DNA from: a virus
Taxonomy: Duplodnaviria; Caudoviricetes
Reading direction: 5' to 3' (one strand)
DNA length: 56,304 nt
Virus record (IMG/VR): IMGVR_UViG_3300027972_000013
Location: 1 to 56,304 of that record
The position numbers and the translations under genes are program-made. Shown piece after piece: positions 34,501 to 43,075 of the stretch; the first letter of the stretch is position 1; every line of letters begins with the position of its first letter. The notes below the pieces were generated by a model, which was not told where the DNA came from, searched no databases, and was given only the letters and a program-made list of their open reading frames with translations.

Positions 34501-35411
34501 TCCGCTACGCCCTCAACCACCGTCTGACTGTTGCCCCAGGTCGCGCCCGAGTCGGACGACAGGATGCGGTAGATTCCGTAGTACGTCGTCCCGCCGTCCG
34601 CTCTGGTTCCTCGGTAGAAGAGCGCGAACTTACCGTCCGACAGGATCAGGCATTGGGGATAGGCACAGTTCATGTCAGAGTTGACGGCGTTGACGACCGA
34701 ACCCCACGCCGAGATATCCTCGACGTTCGTCGACTTCTTCATGAACAGCTTGCCTGTCGCCCCAGAATACCCGCCATAGAAGACGTAGATGTAGCCGTCT
34801 GCGTCGATTGCCAGCGTTGGGGCGTTGTGTGCCGAGTCCGCTTCGGCGTCGTCTACCTTGACCGGCGTCGCCCAACGCAGGGTATCGAGGTCGAAGTAGG
34901 TGATGTAGATATCGCACCCCGTCTGCCACTTGAGGTATCCGAGGTAGATCCTTTGGTACGTGCCGGAGAAGTAGATCGCCCGCCGCTTGTTGAGCCACAG
35001 CGAAGTAGCGTCCGCCGCCGTCTGGATCGTCCCATCGCCCATCCCGAGCGCGAAGACGTACTCCGACGGGAACACATTCGCCGCGTCTTCCTGTCCGATG
35101 CACGTTGAACAGCCACAGTAGATGTAGAAGTCAGCGTCAGCGTCTACGTCGTGCGTACACTTGACCCAGGCGATCAGCGTTGTGCCATCGAACGAGACGA
35201 TGCGATGGGGGATCTTGGTCGTACCGTTTGTGTTTGTGAAGACGATGTCCCCGCCGCCTGGCTGCGCGTTGGCTAGTTCGGGCCACTCAGTCGTCGTGAT
35301 CTTTAGCGGAGTCGGGAAGTCGGCGACGTCTGCGCCGACCTTCGTATGGTCGACCGTCGCCTTGTAACGATACGTCCAGACATCCGATCCCGACGTGTAC
35401 CAAGTCGCCAT
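31536..35411 (-). CDS. large tail adhesin: DUF2341-like, BNR propeller, LamG, Ala-rich repeats, Dit-like C-terminus
   Basis: DIVFT..GTTKIPH...AWVK; HNAPTLAIDADGYIYVFYGG, SSDSGATW; DFDG..DYI, WHHFVGTY, KIYRDG; LEIDTDRMTVKKNG...LAPGANV. Confidence 0.8.
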   Translation of the reverse strand: MATWYTSGSDVWTYRYKATVDHTKVGADVADFPTPLKITTTEWPELANAQPGGGDIVFTNTNGTTKIPHRIVSFDGTTLIAWVKCTHDVDADADFYIYCGCSTCIGQEDAANVFPSEYVFALGMGDGTIQTAADATSLWLNKRRAIYFSGTYQRIYLGYLKWQTGCDIYITYFDLDTLRWATPVKVDDAEADSAHNAPTLAIDADGYIYVFYGGYSGATGKLFMKKSTNVEDISAWGSVVNAVNSDMNCAYPQCLILSDGKFALFYRGTRADGGTTYYGIYRILSSDSGATWGNSQTVVEGVADLDTQYYSVCIGASDRVHLAYHYRDYSAGNLNHDLYYAYTDNATAATPAWKEADGGAITLPMAEGAGYLVFNSDASWDTGYVGAIVADSTNRPFILYKVTDSVATDKLLCFDYSGGAWNETTVLESDAIGTPYDADTSICDGSLYIFGTTLYAAFTVAVSAKDEVQEYSTPISAISWAKARDITTGSSTHNSMPYYPLNALPSFRLVWFLGADGYDRAADIRYFGSVAAQARTTSTSCVDDYGTLAHNGTKQAAAHPAVTTSGVVGSAQDFDGTADYISMGDDAHFSFGDGSTDSPFTIALWVKFDTDKVASRSLIGIYTTAAGGGPADLREWLLYVSSGSKIYFDAWDNSTGAFRGRHYNTALANDNAWHHFVGTYSGNEACSGFKIYRDGVQIDDTDDTSGTYTAMENVARALLIGSHNEANFFAGIGDEYRLLNAEKASTWVTTLYNSQAKPLVGEAGCFWKAGGASQLESGVVAISAAANLADVATLVRLGVVNANAAASLSAVCELTLGGKVNANVAASLVVLGSLIADGKVDANAAAALLILQALVKLGAVDIQAVVSVDPAGAVFKVAAVDVQAAASLSALASTIADGVVDISAVTDLVVAGILLADGAVDVGAAAGLVAAANLIVDGTAGVTASAFLGIVPDGMVKAAACAIAALAALVAGANLTTDGKADIAAVADLIAAGSLTADGVVDVDAVASIVAAASLIADGVVDIDASASLSIVPDTMVKVGVCAVAIAASMQAVAGLIRGGNTAISAAASIEAQAALLASAQDLITAAAEVVAAGNLLADGKVSIEHVTAVLVSLGSPIRRASAGINVVASQVAVGTMTLDGVVDAQAVAELAAAASLLADAVAAITASAEIIPRGGLLFTLASAISVAVSVAALGMIVRGGVVAITATTSLQIVAIKYIVQLIGYSGSLAAGDILEIDTDRMTVKKNGTDVRYDMTGVFWKLAPGANVVEYSDAAVSRTVDMDVDHEPRWS

Positions 35412-36122
35412 CTAGGCCCCCATCTTCACGAGTTCGCCCACGATCTCCGCGTCCGTCATCGTCTCGCGTAGCCCCTTGACCTTGTCAGCTACCCAGGCCA
35501 CCGTCTCCGTCCTCGCGCCTGCCATGAGGTCGTTCACCTCGAGAAGGTCGATCGACTTGTAGTGATGCAGCCGCACGTCGAAGTCCATCCAAATCTCGAA
35601 CCCTCTCTCTCTGGCTGCGTCCCAGAACGCAAACCCCGGCGAGCCCCATTCCGTCCCGTCCTCGTTCAGCTTGGGGTGGCGATACGTCCCCACGGGGATC
35701 GCCTCGAGCACCTTCCGCTTGGCGAGGACGCCCGACATCGAGACGCGGTCGATCTTCTCTAGCCCCGATCCGTATACGTAGGTGTACTTCTGTGCCGCTT
35801 CATTCCACCTAAGAGAGACGGGGCACGGGCCCTTGCCCGACACCCAATGCCAGCACACCCCGGAGCAGACGTCCTTGTCATGCTCGGCAAGTCGCTCGAT
35901 CGCATCGTCAGGCGGGCACTCGTCATCATTCAGGATGAAGGCGTAGTCGCAATCCGAGTCAAGGAACTTCTTATGGAGTCGGTTGAAAGCCCCCTCTACT
36001 GGAGCAACCCCGTAGGCTTTCATGTCGACGACCTCATAGCCCCGCATCGCGCTACGGACTATCCAGTCATGCAGCACCGCCTCCATGCGGCCCATTGTCG
36101 GGAGTAGGATCGCTACCTTCAT
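35412..36122 (-). CDS. GT-A fold (family 2-like) glycosyltransferase
   Basis: MKVAILLPT, DYAFILNDDECPPDDAIERL, GFEIWMDFDVRLHHYK. Confidence 0.75.
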   Translation of the reverse strand: MKVAILLPTMGRMEAVLHDWIVRSAMRGYEVVDMKAYGVAPVEGAFNRLHKKFLDSDCDYAFILNDDECPPDDAIERLAEHDKDVCSGVCWHWVSGKGPCPVSLRWNEAAQKYTYVYGSGLEKIDRVSMSGVLAKRKVLEAIPVGTYRHPKLNEDGTEWGSPGFAFWDAARERGFEIWMDFDVRLHHYKSIDLLEVNDLMAGARTETVAWVADKVKGLRETMTDAEIVGELVKMGA

Positions 36123-36372
36123 TCAACCCCCTCAACTGCTTCACGAGCCCTTCCACGTCGGCGTTTGGGTCTTTCAGCGCCGTGAGTAGCGCGAATAGCA
36201 TCGCCGCGTTCTCGCCCTTCACGATCAGGCGGATTTCCTTCCCGCCAAGCGCCGCGGGCGAGACTGGTAACTCGGCCTTGAGCTCCAGCCTCGCCTGGGC
36301 GTCCACTACTCGAGTCGGCTTCGCGCCGATGTTGGGGGCGAGAACCATGTGACACTGAGCCTCATGGATCAT
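36119..36372 (-). CDS. hypothetical protein (ORF runs to 36067, overlapping the GT start)
   Basis: ATG coupled to upstream TAA. Confidence 0.45.
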
Positions 36373-36770
36373 TACGCCCCCGCTGCGATCGTGATGTCGA
36401 TGTTCCCCGCAGAGAACTTGATCTGGTCACCGTCCCCGACCGTCTTCGGAGTGGTCAGCGACCCATAGGCCGTGTCAAGGGCGCACGTCGCCGTCGAGCA
36501 CGAGCTGATTCCTAGATGCGTGATCGTGCCCCACGCCCCGCCCGTCGCTACCTCGAACGTCAAGTCCGCCGAGTTGTCCATCGTCCGCGAGGCCGCATCG
36601 TCGCCGAACGTGATTGCCTTGCGCGTGTAGCAATAGCACGCAGGCACCTCACACGACGCGGAGCCCGTATCGGTCGGGTCCGCTAGATGCAGCGACCCGT
36701 AGACCTGTGTCGTCTTGAACGCCGCCGTTAGGATGGCGTTCGCCTTGTCCGTCACGAATGAACTCGCCAT
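36372..36770 (-). CDS. minor tail protein
   Basis: YGSLHLADP...YTRKAITF...WGTITHLGI...KTVGDGDQIKF family typical of phage tail regions. Confidence 0.7.
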   Translation of the reverse strand: MASSFVTDKANAILTAAFKTTQVYGSLHLADPTDTGSASCEVPACYCYTRKAITFGDDAASRTMDNSADLTFEVATGGAWGTITHLGISSCSTATCALDTAYGSLTTPKTVGDGDQIKFSAGNIDITIAAGA

Positions 36771-36774
36771 GCTC

Positions 36775-37347
36775 TCACCCCACTACCTTTTGAGCTACTT
36801 TGATCCCCGTCACGGCCCCAACCCCGTTGTTCGTGATCGTGATGACCACCGGAGTCGATACCGTGCCGTCGTTGGTGATTGACAGCGCCGTTGGAGACGC
36901 TGTCACCGTCGCCGTTTCCGTCTCTTCCGCTCCGTATGCGTAAGGGTCGGAGGCCACAAGAGGGAGCGTGAAGTACCCAATCGTGCTGCCGACCAATCGC
37001 TGCACTGAGATGTTCCCGTTGTAGCGAACCGTATACGTCTTGTCGGACTCCTTCAGGAATACGAGGGCGACGTCCTTGGGCTTTCCATCGGCATCTAGTA
37101 ACGCCGCAGCTACCGATCTCGCCGCCGTCGCCAGCGCCGCCATCGTCGAGCCAACCACCGCACACGGGAGGCTGAACTCTCGAGGACCGAGATCCCCGTC
37201 GAACTCCCACCGCCCAGCCCGGCCAGGGATCTCGACGTACCGCTCGCGCACCGATGGGGCCAGCGGCTCGTCTGAGCCCTGCATCAACTCGATCCCAAGT
37301 GAGATGTCCGTCACTCCGTCAAGCGTGAATCGACTCACTAGGCTCAT
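36775..37347 (-). CDS. distal tail protein (Dit), N-terminal domain only
   Basis: FTLDG...EIPGRAG...GPREFSL...LVASDPYAY...NDGTVSTPVVITITN. Confidence 0.8.
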   Translation of the reverse strand: MSLVSRFTLDGVTDISLGIELMQGSDEPLAPSVRERYVEIPGRAGRWEFDGDLGPREFSLPCAVVGSTMAALATAARSVAAALLDADGKPKDVALVFLKESDKTYTVRYNGNISVQRLVGSTIGYFTLPLVASDPYAYGAEETETATVTASPTALSITNDGTVSTPVVITITNNGVGAVTGIKVAQKVVG

Positions 37348-40124
37348 ATCGTCGCCCCCGCACTCCGTAGCCGCGTGGCGTAGAGGTTGTACGTCTCGCG
37401 GGCAATCTTCTTGATGTCAAGGTCGTCACGGACGTTGATCGTCGCGCCGTCGTAGAGGCCGCGCATGTCAACCTGAATCCCGCTCGCTGGCTGGGCAGAC
37501 ATCGCCGTCACAATCCCCGAGCCGATCTTGGAGAAGACACCTTCGTTGAGCGGCAGGAATGCCTCGGGGCCGGATTCGGCGACCGCATGGGCTGGGAGAA
37601 TCGTTGGGGAGGTAAAGACGCCGCCTTTGTCAAACCCCGCGATAGCAAGCCCGGTCGCCGCACCCGTATACGCTGCGGCCTCGGCCACCTTCGCGCCGAC
37701 TGCCGGCCACAGAAGCGGGTCGAATATCGCTGCAAATCCAAGCGCCAACGCCTCGCCTGCCGCCGCCGCTGCTTTCAGGAAGAGGGATTCGCGCAGCGAT
37801 GTGAGGACGTCCTTCGCCATCTGCTTCAGGACTTCCCAGATCGACTTGCGCGTCTCCTTGTAGGCAGTCTCCTCATCCTTCAAGGCTTGCGAGGCGGTGT
37901 CGTGCGCCGTCGTCTCCGCTGTCGTATACGCATCGAGGATGGCCTGGTGTTGGGTGTTGTACTCTTCCTCGGAGATGAGCTTCTCGTCTAGCTGCTTCTG
38001 GAGCGCGGCCAGCTCTTCGTCGCGTTGCTTCGCCGCTTCGTCAACGGCTGTCTGCTCCTCTTCCTTGATCTGATCGAGCGCAGCCTGGTACTCATCGGCC
38101 TGGTTGAGGTACTCGTTGATCGCCCCACCAACGATGTCCCCGAATGTGTCGGCGACGATCTGCCCGGTCTCGCCAAGCTCGATCATCTCTTCGCCAGCTT
38201 CGTTCGTCTTTCTGACGACGAGGCCCAACTTCTCCGCAAACTTGGCCCATGACCGCGTTGCCTTCTCTACGACTGGCGTAGACTCATCAATCATCCCAGA
38301 CACGCCGGGGATTACTTCGTCGTAGGCCGCGACGATCTGGCCCGCCATCTCATTGAATGCGGCCAGCCCGCTTCCCTCTGGAGATGTAAGAGCCGCCGTC
38401 GCCGCGCCCTGCAAATCGGCTATGAGCGCCGCCGTGGCTCCCGCGCTAAGTCCGAGTTGCCTCGCCTTGCCAGCGAGTTCCGTCATTCGATCTGCTACTG
38501 CCGCCGTATCGGCGTTCGCTTTCGTGTAGTCGATGTATCTGTAGTCCGTAGAGAACATCTCGCCATAGGTCGCGCCAGCTACGTCCTGAACTTCATGCTC
38601 AGAGATGATCTGGGCTGTCTGCTGGCGAATTGGGGCGAGGTCGGCAGTTTGGCTGGTTATCCACTCTCGATACTGCGCTTCTTTCTGGGCCTGTTCTGCC
38701 GCCTCTCGTTCCGCTTCGGCGATGGCCTCCATGTGCTGTCGGAGCCTCGCCGCTTCCTGATTCGATTGGATGATGCGCGTTACGAACAACCCAATACCGG
38801 CACCAATCGCCAGCGTAGCCAACTTGATCGGGTCAAACGCCGCGGCGATCTTCCCGAGGTTGGAGATCACTCCCTCCAACTTCATCGCCGCGAACGCCGC
38901 AACAATGGCGACAATACCCATGATGACGGCGTCCTTGTTCTCGATGATCCAGACGAACGAGTTGGCGAGGCCGGTCGCCATCGACGTGAAGAAGTCCTCG
39001 ATGCCCTGCTTGTTCTCTGTGAAGACGTCGACCAGCTTTTGCATCGAGGGAACAAGGTTCTCTCCAACAGCCGTCTTCATGTCCTCGACGTTGTTCTGGA
39101 GGATCTTGACGCCCGAACCGAACGTCGTGACCTTGATGTTGAAATCCTCTTGCAGATCACGCGCCGTCTCGTACTCGACGTTCGCTAGGTGTACGGACGA
39201 TTCGACGTCGCCCCAGTTCTGCCCGAGGATCTCCACCTTGTTGGCCGACTCGCCAAGCAGATCCTTCAACGTGTCAGCGTTCGCGCTTCCGTCCCCGAGC
39301 TTCGTGGCGATCTGTCCAAGCAGGCCGACGAAGTCGTTGTCGCGCATCGTCTCGAACTGCTCCGTGGTCAGCCCGAGCGCCTCCGCGAAGTCCTCGATCT
39401 TCGTCGGATCGCGCATCGCGTCGACGACGCCCTGCAACTGGGAAGCCGCCTCGCGGGCCGTTCCGCTGATCTCGGTGAACGACGCGACGAGGGCAGCGAT
39501 CTCCGGTGCCGTGGTCGCCATGCCGGTGAAGTTGTCGGCAACCTTCTTCGTGTTGGAGACGAGATCCTCGAAGTTGATGTTGTGGGTGTCAGTGAGCGCC
39601 GAGATCGCTGACCCAAACCCCTCGAAGTCGAGTTCCGAATCCCCGAGGATCTTCTTGATTTTGGCGAAGTCCTGGCCGACCTGCTCGGGCAATGCGCCCG
39701 TGGCGATACTGATCTTGGCAACGCTCGTCACGAACTTCTCAATCTCGGGAGCGGTGTCCATCCCCATCTGCGCCGCAGCATTGGCGACCTTCATCAAGTC
39801 TCCGGTTGTGATGGGGACTTGCAGCGACAGCTTGCGCATCGCCTCGCCAACGCCGCCCGCCTGGTCGGGGTCAATCTTCGTTGCCAGCTCTGCTACGGAG
39901 TCACCGTACTCCGACGCCGCCTGGACTGCTTCTTTGAGGAAGCCCTTGAACTCGGAAACGATCTTGCCAATGGTGAACGCGCCGATAATGACGGAGCCGA
40001 CCTTCTTGAAGGTCGATTCAATCGTGCCGCTATGTGTCTGCGCGGTCGCGGTAACTGCCTTGATGTCAGCTTCGGCAGCAGTACGGTTGATGGAGATGGT
40101 CCCGAACAGCGTGAAAATGTTTAT
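37344..40124 (-). CDS. tape measure protein (926 aa if started at ATA 40124)
   Basis: Long helical protein after chaperones; frame open 95 codons upstream of the listed ATG, beginning (M)NIFTLFGTISIN. Confidence 0.85.
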   Translation of the reverse strand: MNIFTLFGTISINRTAAEADIKAVTATAQTHSGTIESTFKKVGSVIIGAFTIGKIVSEFKGFLKEAVQAASEYGDSVAELATKIDPDQAGGVGEAMRKLSLQVPITTGDLMKVANAAAQMGMDTAPEIEKFVTSVAKISIATGALPEQVGQDFAKIKKILGDSELDFEGFGSAISALTDTHNINFEDLVSNTKKVADNFTGMATTAPEIAALVASFTEISGTAREAASQLQGVVDAMRDPTKIEDFAEALGLTTEQFETMRDNDFVGLLGQIATKLGDGSANADTLKDLLGESANKVEILGQNWGDVESSVHLANVEYETARDLQEDFNIKVTTFGSGVKILQNNVEDMKTAVGENLVPSMQKLVDVFTENKQGIEDFFTSMATGLANSFVWIIENKDAVIMGIVAIVAAFAAMKLEGVISNLGKIAAAFDPIKLATLAIGAGIGLFVTRIIQSNQEAARLRQHMEAIAEAEREAAEQAQKEAQYREWITSQTADLAPIRQQTAQIISEHEVQDVAGATYGEMFSTDYRYIDYTKANADTAAVADRMTELAGKARQLGLSAGATAALIADLQGAATAALTSPEGSGLAAFNEMAGQIVAAYDEVIPGVSGMIDESTPVVEKATRSWAKFAEKLGLVVRKTNEAGEEMIELGETGQIVADTFGDIVGGAINEYLNQADEYQAALDQIKEEEQTAVDEAAKQRDEELAALQKQLDEKLISEEEYNTQHQAILDAYTTAETTAHDTASQALKDEETAYKETRKSIWEVLKQMAKDVLTSLRESLFLKAAAAAGEALALGFAAIFDPLLWPAVGAKVAEAAAYTGAATGLAIAGFDKGGVFTSPTILPAHAVAESGPEAFLPLNEGVFSKIGSGIVTAMSAQPASGIQVDMRGLYDGATINVRDDLDIKKIARETYNLYATRLRSAGATI

Positions 40125-40519
40125 GGCCCATCACCCCCCGGCGGAATCCACCCCATCCGCCCAGCCTTCATCAGCCGCTCAATCTCTTCGTCCGTGATCT
40201 CGGGGGCCTCTGCCGCTTTCGGCTCCCCCAACCCCAACTGCCCCAGGAACACGTCAAACGGAATGACGCTCGCCCACTCTCCCGTCCCCGTCATCGGCGC
40301 GTTCTCTCGATAGCTCCACAGCGCCTCCCACCACCGATCCCGCTTCACGCCATCCCGCGTCACGCGGAAGAGTTGAATCAGCCGCGCATACGGGATCGCT
40401 AGGACTTCTTCGTCCGTCCAGCCGTAGCGTGCTTGGATTCTGTCGATGGCTTCTTCAACCGCTCGAGCAGCGTCTTCACCCCCGCGCTCTCTTTCATCGC
40501 CCGGAAGCTCTCGAAAAAA
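40121..40519 (-). CDS. tail assembly chaperone -1 frameshift extension (GT)
   Basis: Slippery T TTT TTC at 40513-40519; -1 frame open (…RIQARYGWTDEEVLAIPYARL…) to TAA 40121. Confidence 0.7.
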   Translation of the reverse strand, partial: FFRELPGDERERGGEDAARAVEEAIDRIQARYGWTDEEVLAIPYARLIQLFRVTRDGVKRDRWWEALWSYRENAPMTGTGEWASVIPFDVFLGQLGLGEPKAAEAPEITDEEIERLMKAGRMGWIPPGGDGP

Positions 40520-40965
40520 GCGACCACGTCTTGGTGCTCGACCAAGGCTTGGATGACCTTCATTTCAGAACCCAGCGGGAAGACGTCGGGGTCGCGGATC
40601 GTCCCCTTGTTGGGGTCACGAATCTCCGCCCGCCCCGCCTCTCGCTGCTGGCGCATCGACTCTTGGCGCTTCTCTTCCGAGACACCCGGATCGAGCCCGA
40701 TCACGCTCGCCAATAGCTCGATGACGTGATCCAGCGCGTGCGCCATCGCATCGACGATGAACGTCCCAATGACCGTCGCGTCAGCGTTCTTCCCCGCAAC
40801 AAGCGTCGCCCGCTGCATCTGCTCGCCCGCTACTGCCCAAATCCGGGCAATGATGCTGATCTGCGGCAGGCCCAATCGCTGGACCTTGTACGTCGTGCCC
40901 TCGATAACAATGGAGGGCGGCTCCCACATCATCGGAGCCGCTCCCCGCCCCTCACCATCACTCAT
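40399..40965 (-). CDS. tail assembly chaperone (G)
   Basis: Position between tail tube and TMP; contains slippery site. Confidence 0.75.
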   Translation of the reverse strand: MSDGEGRGAAPMMWEPPSIVIEGTTYKVQRLGLPQISIIARIWAVAGEQMQRATLVAGKNADATVIGTFIVDAMAHALDHVIELLASVIGLDPGVSEEKRQESMRQQREAGRAEIRDPNKGTIRDPDVFPLGSEMKVIQALVEHQDVVAFFESFRAMKESAGVKTLLERLKKPSTESKHATAGRTKKS

Positions 40966-40975
40966 CGTCCCCCCT

Positions 40976-41824
40976 CTACGCTGCTCCCAACCAGAACTCC
41001 CACGGGCTATTCGCTAGCGTCAGCCCAACGTCGGCGTCGAAGAAGCCCTTGAACTTGCACTTGATGATCGCTTCCTCTAGCGCGCCGGCTGGAATCGACA
41101 CAGGAGACGGCTCCGCGAGGACGTTCTTCAGCACGAACACGCAGTACGGGTTCGTATACGACTGGTTCGACAGCTCGCACACAAGCGCGACGTTCGTCCA
41201 GTGGTCGCCCGCGGCGATCTGGCCTGACGTTACGATCGTGTAGGCGTCGCCCGACGCGGTCGTGTCGTACTCGTAGACCGCCGTCACTTCGTCGGTGTCG
41301 GCGATTGATCCGCCCTGCGCCACGGTCTTGGCCGTAACGACGCCCGTGCCGGTGGCTACCGTGTAGTCAGTCGTGATCGTGCATTTCGAAGTCGCGCCGC
41401 TCACGGTGCCATGCCAAATCTCGAGTGTCGAGAAGTCAACCTTGTCCGTGCCGACGAGGGCAACCCCGCCCTGCACGGTCGTCCCAACGCCGAGGTACTC
41501 GACCTGCTTGGTCGGCGTCTCGTCCGCCGAGTTCGCGCCGGGGATGTACCCCAGCCAGTTGTCTGTCGTGTGCTCAAGCAGGTTGACCGTTAGGCTCGGC
41601 ACGCACTTCGCAACGAACCGATGCGACTTGAGGAGCCCCATCGCTCCATCTGGTTCCGTGTCGTGATACTCGAGCCCAGGATCGAACTCGCTTCCGCCCT
41701 TCGTCTCCCCAAGCAACGTGCCCGGAGCCACGATGCTCGTGAAGTTCTTGTAGACCTTCCCCGGCCCGCGGAGGTATCTTTGAACCGCCGCGGTGGAGAT
41801 CCCCGTCTGTAGTGCGCTCGCCAT
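40976..41824 (-). CDS. major tail (tube) protein with inserted Ig-like segment
   Basis: GPGKVY...LLGETKGGSEF...LTVNLLE; TTDYTV..GTG insert. Confidence 0.8.
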   Translation of the reverse strand: MASALQTGISTAAVQRYLRGPGKVYKNFTSIVAPGTLLGETKGGSEFDPGLEYHDTEPDGAMGLLKSHRFVAKCVPSLTVNLLEHTTDNWLGYIPGANSADETPTKQVEYLGVGTTVQGGVALVGTDKVDFSTLEIWHGTVSGATSKCTITTDYTVATGTGVVTAKTVAQGGSIADTDEVTAVYEYDTTASGDAYTIVTSGQIAAGDHWTNVALVCELSNQSYTNPYCVFVLKNVLAEPSPVSIPAGALEEAIIKCKFKGFFDADVGLTLANSPWEFWLGAA

Positions 41825-41838
41825 GATCCCTCACCCCT

Positions 41839-42273
41839 TTACGTCACTATCGCCGTGATGTCTCTCGCCGCGACGATCCGCACATACCACATGCTTGAGT
41901 AGTGCCAGACCTTCTCCGCGTCCGTTGGTATGTATCCGCATCCACCAGGGAACCTCTCGATGAGGCCACTGGCTTCGTTAGCCGCTGTCGCAAATCTCCA
42001 CTCGTGTAGAAGCGCCGTTGCTCGATCCACCGCTAGGTCCAGGCGCTCGGGCGTCTCGTTGTAGTCCCACCAATCGAGGAAGTAGGTATGCGTGCCGTGG
42101 AAGACGTTGTCGCCCATGATGAGACGATGGACTCCGTAGGGCATCGTCGGATCTTGCGGAGCCATCACGCGGTAGAGGTCAACGGTCCCGCCAAGCGCCG
42201 ACATGAGCGTGGCGTCGGTAGTCAGCCGCGTCCACAGCGCGCTCGTCACCGCTTGCCCGGTCTCGACGGCCAC
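41839..42273 (-). CDS. tail terminator/completion protein
   Basis: ALWTRLTTDATL...APQDPTMPY; position. Confidence 0.7.
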   Translation of the reverse strand: MAVETGQAVTSALWTRLTTDATLMSALGGTVDLYRVMAPQDPTMPYGVHRLIMGDNVFHGTHTYFLDWWDYNETPERLDLAVDRATALLHEWRFATAANEASGLIERFPGGCGYIPTDAEKVWHYSSMWYVRIVAARDITAIVT

Positions 42274-42665
42274 TAGAACCACCTCTTGTTGAGCTCGGCG
42301 ATGATCTCTGGCTTGGCTTGTTCGAGTGACGGCCTAAGCCATTCGCGCCCGCCATGCTGCGGATCTCTCTTCTCTAGGTAGAGCCCGTAATCGAGCGACG
42401 TGCCGACGTAGCCGATCTCTCCCTCAATCAATACCTTCACGTCGCCACGCAATCGACCCGTTGCTACGGCGGGATACTCGCCCGGAGCGGAGGCCGTATA
42501 CGTTGTCTGCGTCCCAGGAACGAGATACGTCCGCCCGCTCCTCGTCCCTGAGATGTTCTGGACAACCTGATTCCGGCCAACGTTGCACGCGGCAAGGAGC
42601 GCCTTCACCGCGCCCTCATTCATCGCCCTTGTGCATTCGGCCACGTTGCTCTGGAATCCCATCAC
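42273..42665 (-). CDS. HK97 gp10-like neck protein
   Basis: ASAPGEYPAVATGRLRG...YGLYLE...REWLRPSLE. Confidence 0.8.
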   Translation of the reverse strand: MMGFQSNVAECTRAMNEGAVKALLAACNVGRNQVVQNISGTRSGRTYLVPGTQTTYTASAPGEYPAVATGRLRGDVKVLIEGEIGYVGTSLDYGLYLEKRDPQHGGREWLRPSLEQAKPEIIAELNKRWF

Positions 42666-43075
42666 GTCACCGCCCCAACAGCCGTCACGCCAGCCCTTGC
42701 CGTGATCGCCGTTACCGCGCTCCAGATCACTACCGCATCCCCCGTCTCGCCCTGCGCCTCACGTACAAGCACGATCATCTTTCGCCGCTGCCCGGCTACC
42801 TTCGTCGGCGGCTTCACGGGATAGAAGACCTTGAGCGCGTTCGGGTGCCCGTTCGTCATCCACACAAAGCGCGAGTTCGCCATCGTCACCGTCGGCCAGT
42901 CGTGGAAGTGGAACTCGTAGTCAACCTTCCCATCGACTGACTGGTATCTCTCGGCGCGTTCGGTCGGAACAGGGATCGCTTCTGCCCAACGCAGATTGGT
43001 GAGGGTCGTCGTCCACTTCGTGCCCCCAGCGGCCTGAGTCGCCTTCGTCCCCGTCTCGATCCGTATACGCTCCAT
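42662..43075 (-). CDS. head closure/stopper protein
   Basis: ERIRIE...AAGG...WAE; position. Confidence 0.6.
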   Translation of the reverse strand: MERIRIETGTKATQAAGGTKWTTTLTNLRWAEAIPVPTERAERYQSVDGKVDYEFHFHDWPTVTMANSRFVWMTNGHPNALKVFYPVKPPTKVAGQRRKMIVLVREAQGETGDAVVIWSAVTAITARAGVTAVGAVT

